Assembly (NCBI GenBank): GCA_963705305.1
Contig: OY970067.1
Coordinates: 1,952,001 to 2,016,000 of the forward strand
From: an uncultured Methylomirabilota bacterium
GTDB taxonomy: Bacteria; Methylomirabilota; Methylomirabilia; Methylomirabilales; 2-02-FULL-66-22
Direction of reading: 5' to 3'
Length of the DNA: 64,000 bases
This document shows, in pieces, positions 58,818 to 64,000 of the stretch (the stretch's first letter is position 1; each line of letters begins with the position of its first letter). Both the position numbers and the translations under genes were made by a program. Below the pieces are notes generated by a model that was given only the letters and a program-made list of their open reading frames with translations, did no database searches and was not told where the DNA came from.

Positions 58818-59588
58818 ATGCTAGAGATCAAGAACCTGCACGCAAAGGTGAACGGCCGGGAGATCCTCAAAGGGGTGAGCCTTACGATCAAGGCCGGCGA
58901 GGTCCACTCCATCATGGGGCCGAACGGCTCGGGAAAGAGCACCCTGGCCCAGGTCCTGGCCGGACGCGAGATCTACGAGGTGACCGAAGGGGAGGTGCTC
59001 TACCAGGGGAGGAGCCTCTTGGACATGGCGCCGGAGGAGCGGGCCTGCGAGGGGCTCTTCATGGCCTTCCAGTATCCGGTGGAGATCCCGGGGGTCAACA
59101 ACACCTACTTCCTGAAGGCCGCGCTCAACGCCGCCCGGAAGTACCGCGGCCAGGACGAGCTGGACGCCATGGACTTCCTGGCGCTGGTCAAGGACAAGAT
59201 GAAGCTCTTGGAGATGGACGACCGGCTGCTGAACCGGGCGGTCAACGAAGGCTTCTCGGGCGGGGAGAAGAAGCGGAACGAGATCTTCCAGATGGCCGTC
59301 CTCCAGCCCAAGCTGGCCATCCTGGACGAGACCGACTCGGGACTGGATATCGACGCCTTGCGGATCGTGGCCAGCGGGGTCAATTTCCTGCGGGATCCTC
59401 AGCGGGCCATCCTGGTCGTGACCCACTACCAGCGGCTGCTCAACTACATCGTCCCGGACTTCGTGCATGTCCTGGTGGACGGGCGGATCGTCAAGTCCGG
59501 AGACAAGGGGCTGGCCCTGGAGCTGGAAGAGAAGGGCTACGCCTGGGTGGAGCAGGAGGCCCGGACCGCCGTGCTGGCCAACGCGTAA
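58818..59588 (+). CDS. sufC: Fe-S cluster assembly ATPase SufC
   Basis: GPNGSGKST, AFQYPVEIPGV, GFSGGEKKRNE, DETDSGLDIDAL. Confidence 0.97.
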   Translation: MLEIKNLHAKVNGREILKGVSLTIKAGEVHSIMGPNGSGKSTLAQVLAGREIYEVTEGEVLYQGRSLLDMAPEERACEGLFMAFQYPVEIPGVNNTYFLKAALNAARKYRGQDELDAMDFLALVKDKMKLLEMDDRLLNRAVNEGFSGGEKKRNEIFQMAVLQPKLAILDETDSGLDIDALRIVASGVNFLRDPQRAILVVTHYQRLLNYIVPDFVHVLVDGRIVKSGDKGLALELEEKGYAWVEQEARTAVLANA

Positions 59589-59607
59589 CCGAAAGGACAC
59601 AGGGGTC

Positions 59608-60969
59608 ATGGCAGCCACACTCGCCCGCAAAGGGCAGACTGATATCTCGCGGTATGTGGAGAGCTTCGCGCGGTTCGAGGAGCGCATGACGGGGGACAGC
59701 CAGGCATGGCTGAAGCCGCTGCGGCGCGCCGGACTGGACCGCTTCACCGTGCTGGGATTCCCCACGGCGCGGGACGAAGACTGGCGCTTCACCAATCTGA
59801 CGCCGCTCATCCAGACGGCCTTCCGGCCGGCCTGGGACCGGCGCAGCGTTCCCGCGGCGGAGGCCCTCGCCCGCTTCGCGATTCCCGGCCTCACCGGCTG
59901 CCGACTGGTCTTCGTGGACGGCCGGTATGCGCCGTCCCTCTCGTCCCTGGCCGCCATCCCCCCGGGAGTGCAGATCGGCAGCTTGGCGGACGCGCCGGCC
60001 GGAGACGTCCGGGAGGCGATCCGGTTCCATCTGGGGCAGTATGTGGACGCGCACGGCGACCCCTTCTCCGCCCTGAACTCCGCCTTTCTGGAAGACGGGG
60101 CGCTCGTGCTCGTTCCCCGCGGCGTGGTGGTGTCCGAGCCGATTCACCTGCTCTACGTCTCCACGGCGGGGCCCGAGCCCACGATCACCCATCCCCGCAC
60201 CCTGGTCGTGTCGGGCGAGAACTGCCAGGCCACCATCCTGGAGGACTTCGTCTCGCTGGGCGAGGGGGTACACTTCTCGAACGCGGTCTCCGAGGTGGTG
60301 GCAGGGGACCACAGCGTGCTGGCTCATTATTTCATCCAGCGGGAGAATCCCCGCGCGTTCCACATCTCCACCCTGCGGGTCCAGCAGGAGGGGAGCAGCA
60401 GCGTCACCACCCACTCGGTCCTGCTGGGCGGGGCCCTCACGCGGCGCAACGTGCATCCGGTCCTGGCCGGGGAGGGGGCGGAGTGCCTGATCAACGGCCT
60501 GTTCATGCCGACCGGGCGCCAGCACATGGACAACTACATGAAGGTGGAGCACACCAAGCCGCACTGCTCCAGCCGGCAGTTCTACAAGGGCATCCTGGAC
60601 GGTCAGGCCCGAGGGGTCTTCCACGGCCGGATTATCGTGCACAAGGACGCCCAGAAGACGGATGCCAAGCAGACCAACATGAATCTGCTCCTGTCGGAGG
60701 ATGCCCAGATCGATACCAAGCCCCAGCTGGAAATCTACGCCGACGACGTGAAGTGCACTCATGGCGCGACGATCGGCCAGATAGACGACGACGCAATCTT
60801 CTACCTGCGTTCCCGCGGTATCGGCGAGGCTGCGGCCCGCGCGCTGCTGCTGTTTGCCTTCGCCGGGGAGAGCCTCCAGCGCATGACGGTCGAGCCGATC
60901 CGCCGCCACCTGGAGATGCTGGTCAAGCAGTGGATGTCCCACGGCGATCTCGTGGAGGGAGTGCGATGA
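59608..60969 (+). CDS. sufD: Fe-S cluster assembly protein SufD
   Basis: EDWRFT, AQKTDA, KPQLEIYADDVKCTHGATIG, FYLRSRGI. Confidence 0.96.
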   Translation: MAATLARKGQTDISRYVESFARFEERMTGDSQAWLKPLRRAGLDRFTVLGFPTARDEDWRFTNLTPLIQTAFRPAWDRRSVPAAEALARFAIPGLTGCRLVFVDGRYAPSLSSLAAIPPGVQIGSLADAPAGDVREAIRFHLGQYVDAHGDPFSALNSAFLEDGALVLVPRGVVVSEPIHLLYVSTAGPEPTITHPRTLVVSGENCQATILEDFVSLGEGVHFSNAVSEVVAGDHSVLAHYFIQRENPRAFHISTLRVQQEGSSSVTTHSVLLGGALTRRNVHPVLAGEGAECLINGLFMPTGRQHMDNYMKVEHTKPHCSSRQFYKGILDGQARGVFHGRIIVHKDAQKTDAKQTNMNLLLSEDAQIDTKPQLEIYADDVKCTHGATIGQIDDDAIFYLRSRGIGEAAARALLLFAFAGESLQRMTVEPIRRHLEMLVKQWMSHGDLVEGVR

Positions 60970-62237
60970 GCAACGCGGCGCAGCGGGTGACCGAGGAGCC
61001 CTGCCAGGACTGCCTGGTGGGATTCGGCAACGACAAGATCCGTCAGGATTTCCCCACGCTCCAGGAACAGGTTCACGGGAAGCGGCTGGTCTATCTCGAC
61101 AACGCCGCCACCACCCACAAGCCGCAAGCGGTGATCGACCGGATTGTCCGCTACTACGTGGCGGAAAACTCCAACGTGCATCGCGGGGTCCACTTCCTGA
61201 GCCAGGTGGCCACCCAGGCCTACGAGAGTGCGCGCAGCCGTGTCCGGGAATTCCTGAATGCGGCCCACGACCGGGAGATCATCTACACGCGGGGCACCAC
61301 AGAGAGCATCAACCTGGTGGCCGCCACCTACGGCCGGAGCCGCGTCAAGGCGGGGGACGAGATCATCATCTCGGCCATGGAGCACCACTCCAACATCGTG
61401 CCCTGGCAGATGCTGTGCGAAGAGAAGGGGGCCAAGCTGCGGGTCATTCCCATGAACGATGCCGGGGAGCTCCTCCTGGAAGAGTACGAGCGGCTCCTGA
61501 ACGACCGGACCAGGCTGGTCGCGGTCGCCTATGTCTCCAACACCCTGGGCACGGTGAATCCCGTCCAGGAGATCATCGCCCTGGCGCACCATCGCGGCGT
61601 GCCGGTGCTGGTGGACGGGGCGCAGGCGACGCCCCACATGCCGGTGGACGTCCGGGACCTGGACTGCGATTTTTACGCCTTTTCCGCCCACAAGCTCTTC
61701 GGTCCCACCGGATTCGGGATCCTGTACGGCAAGGCGGAGCTCCTGGAGGCCATGCCCCCGTACCAGGGGGGCGGGGACATGATCAGCGCCGTCACCTTTG
61801 AGAAGACGCTGTTCAACTCCCTCCCGTACAAGTTTGAAGCCGGCACGCCCCACATCGAGGGGGCCATCGGATTGGGGGCGGCCATCGAGTACGTCCAGCG
61901 GATCGGCATGCATCAGATCGCGGCCTACGAGGCCGACCTGCTGGCCTACGGGACCGAGTTGCTATCCGCGATCCCCGGTCTGCGGATCATCGGCACCGCC
62001 GCGCGCAAGGCGGGGGTGCTCTCATTCGTGCTGGACGGCATCCACGCCCATGACGTGGGCACAATCCTGGATCTGGAGGGCGTGGCGGTCCGGGCCGGGC
62101 ACCACTGCGCCATGCCGGTCATGAAGCGCTTCGGGGTTCCCGCCACGGCCCGGGCGTCGCTGGCGTTCTACAACACCCGCGAGGATCTCGAGGCCCTGGC
62201 CAAGGCGATCCACAAGGCGCGCGAGGTATTCGCCTGA
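60966..62237 (+). CDS. sufS: Cysteine desulfurase SufS
   Basis: YLDNAATT, EHHSNIVPW, DGAQ, SAHK, RAGHHCA. Confidence 0.96.
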   Translation: MSNAAQRVTEEPCQDCLVGFGNDKIRQDFPTLQEQVHGKRLVYLDNAATTHKPQAVIDRIVRYYVAENSNVHRGVHFLSQVATQAYESARSRVREFLNAAHDREIIYTRGTTESINLVAATYGRSRVKAGDEIIISAMEHHSNIVPWQMLCEEKGAKLRVIPMNDAGELLLEEYERLLNDRTRLVAVAYVSNTLGTVNPVQEIIALAHHRGVPVLVDGAQATPHMPVDVRDLDCDFYAFSAHKLFGPTGFGILYGKAELLEAMPPYQGGGDMISAVTFEKTLFNSLPYKFEAGTPHIEGAIGLGAAIEYVQRIGMHQIAAYEADLLAYGTELLSAIPGLRIIGTAARKAGVLSFVLDGIHAHDVGTILDLEGVAVRAGHHCAMPVMKRFGVPATARASLAFYNTREDLEALAKAIHKAREVFA

Positions 62238-62686
62238 TGTCGGATCTGCGGGAGCTGTACCAGCAAGTCATCCTGGATCATTACAAGAAGCCGCGGAACT
62301 TCCAGAAGCTGGCGGATGCCAATCGGCACGCGGAGGGCCACAATCCCCTCTGCGGGGACGAGATCACCGTCTACCTCCACATGGACGGGGAGGTGATCAA
62401 GGACATCAGCTTCACGGGCGCCGGCTGCGCCATCTCCCAGTCCGCCGCCTCGCTGATGACCACGGTGCTGAAGGGCAAGACGCGGGCCGAGGCCGAGGCG
62501 CTGTTCAAGAAGTTCCACGATATGGTGACCGGGGAGGGGGGAGCCCCGGATCCAATGGAGCTGGGCAAGCTGGCGGTGTTCTGCGGGGTGAGCGAGTTCC
62601 CGGTGCGGGTCAAGTGCGCCAGCTTGCCCTGGCACACCCTGCACGCAGCCTTGGCAGGCGCGGAGGAGGCCGTTTCCACGGAGTGA
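62237..62686 (+). CDS. sufU: SUF system NifU-family protein
   Basis: LYQQVILDHYKKPRN, NPLCGDE, GCAISQS, RVKCASL. Confidence 0.95.
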   Translation: MSDLRELYQQVILDHYKKPRNFQKLADANRHAEGHNPLCGDEITVYLHMDGEVIKDISFTGAGCAISQSAASLMTTVLKGKTRAEAEALFKKFHDMVTGEGGAPDPMELGKLAVFCGVSEFPVRVKCASLPWHTLHAALAGAEEAVSTE

Positions 62687-62775
62687 GGGGGAGCGCGCCG
62701 CGACCACCGGAGGCGGCCGGCGCTCGGACGACGCGGTCAGGAAGGCTCATCCAGGTGGGGACGGACGAGAGAGGC

Positions 62776-63102
62776 ATGGGGAGCATCGCTGTGGACCCAC
62801 GAGCAATCGAGTCGCAGGTTGTCGATGCGTTGCGGACGTGCTACGACCCGGAGATCCCGGTGGACATCTACGAGCTGGGGCTCGTCTATGGCGTTACGGC
62901 GAGCCCGACGGGAGCGGTGGAGATCAGAATGACGCTCACATCGCCCGCCTGCCCGGTGGCGGGGGAGCTTCCCGTGGAAGTGGAGCGAAAGGTGCGGGCC
63001 ATTCCCGGCGTGACCGACGCCAAGGTCGAGATCGTCTTCGATCCCCCCTGGGACCCCTCCCGCATGTCCGAGGCTGCCCGCCTGCAGCTGGGAGTGCTAT
63101 GA
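62776..63102 (+). CDS. sufT: DUF59 / SufT Fe-S maturation protein
   Basis: YDPEIPVDIYELGLVY, MTLTSPACP, PPW..RMSEAARL. Confidence 0.92.
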   Translation: MGSIAVDPRAIESQVVDALRTCYDPEIPVDIYELGLVYGVTASPTGAVEIRMTLTSPACPVAGELPVEVERKVRAIPGVTDAKVEIVFDPPWDPSRMSEAARLQLGVL

Positions 63103-63374
63103 GGCGCGGTGCCGCAGGCGCGATGAAGCCGCACCCCAGGCTGTTGGCCGTCGTGAACACGTCCTGCACGGGGTGCGACGTCTGTCTGGATTTCTGTCCG
63201 GTTGACTGCATCGATCACGAGCCGCCGGCACAGGCCGCGGCGGCGCCGGCTCCTCCCGTCCACATCCGGGATGAGGAGTGCATCGGCTGCCAGGTGTGTG
63301 CCAAGGTGTGCGAGCACCTCGCCCTAAACGCTATCCGGATGGTGCCGGTCGCTGCCGGACAGCCAAACGGCTAG
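63099..63374 (+). CDS. 2x[4Fe-4S] ferredoxin
   Basis: CTGCDVCLDFCPVDCI and CIGCQVCAKVC; start 63099 or 63123. Confidence 0.88.
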   Translation: MRRGAAGAMKPHPRLLAVVNTSCTGCDVCLDFCPVDCIDHEPPAQAAAAPAPPVHIRDEECIGCQVCAKVCEHLALNAIRMVPVAAGQPNG

Positions 63375-63483
63375 GCAGTCGCGGCGGCTCGACGGGTCCC
63401 AGACCGTCGCGTACGACCGCACGCCCCGCCCCACAGACTCATCCTGTGCCCTGCGCTCCATGCTCTTTGCCCTCAGGTGCGCC

Positions 63484-63879
63484 ATGGATCCTGGCCTCGC
63501 CGACGCCTTGCAAACCGCCAAGTACATGTATCTCACGACGTATGGCCGGAGCGGCCGCTCCGGGACAGTCCCCGTCTGGCTGTGGTACCACGAGGGTGCG
63601 GTGTACTTCACGACCCAACGGGCCAGCCTCAAGGCCAGCCGTATCTCGAGTACCGGCCGGGTGACCGTGCACGTGGGTACGCCAGACGGCCCCGCCTTCG
63701 AGGGGTACGCCGAGTGGGTGGACGATCGTCCGGACCTGGAGCGGGCGCTCCTGGCGGCCCACCGGCGTAAGTATTGGCTGGCAGTTCCGCTGTGGATGGG
63801 CCGGTATATCCGCAAGGGCCTGGCTGCCAAGACCAGTGTGCTGATCCGGATCACACCGGAGGGCGAATTATCCGCGTGA
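63484..63879 (+). CDS. Pyridoxamine 5'-phosphate oxidase-like (split-barrel) protein
   Basis: YLTTYGRSG..VPVW..VYFTT..SLK..RI, FEGYA, RRKY, IRITP. Confidence 0.8.
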   Translation: MDPGLADALQTAKYMYLTTYGRSGRSGTVPVWLWYHEGAVYFTTQRASLKASRISSTGRVTVHVGTPDGPAFEGYAEWVDDRPDLERALLAAHRRKYWLAVPLWMGRYIRKGLAAKTSVLIRITPEGELSA

Positions 63880-64000
63880 TCGATCCCTGCTCCGCCTCCA
63901 TCCCGGCTGGACCGCCCGTGCCGGTCCCGCCGCCTCCTCGCTCCTCCCGTGCCTCGTCGGGCTGGCGGTTCATACCAATCACCTTGACAGCCACCGTCCA

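Noticed and set aside
59706..60965. Long N-terminal extension of the sufS ORF (843 aa in the track)
   Set aside because: Overlaps sufD in another frame; the real start is ATG 60966 after a GGAGG RBS.

Overview
High-GC bacterial chromosomal window with three parts. (1) 1-41857 is a co-oriented (+ strand) catabolic island of about 40 genes. It holds an acyl-CoA dehydrogenase, a FadF/HdrF-like Fe-S oxidoreductase, two AroE-like genes and aroQ, and a GntR-headed operon (LigK-type aldolase, Ldh_2 dehydrogenase, SDR, cupin, IolN-like ring hydrolase, Zn-dehydrogenase, AOR). It also carries two LIV-type ABC transporters plus a third binding protein, several CoA transferases and MaoC dehydratases, an ISL3 remnant, and small gene stubs at junctions. 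The GntR operon can be assembled into a chemically complete, O2-independent, non-aromatising quinate/shikimate degradation route; this is inference. (2) 41858-53082 is a mixed region with a duplicated, helically phased DnaA-box-like cluster preceding a small Cys-motif ORF, a DUF4189 gene, a frameshifted homocysteine methyltransferase, a DUF4258/DUF2283 pair, pduO, a DoxX/COQ7-like fusion and a ygfZ-like gene. (3) 53209-63879 has a DosS-like GAF histidine kinase and an NtrC-type activator, followed by tandem palindromic enhancer-like sites, an IHF-like site and a near-consensus sigma54 promoter in front of a pseudo-receiver + sufBCDSUT + ferredoxin operon. All family calls come from motif recognition by eye; no database searches were run.
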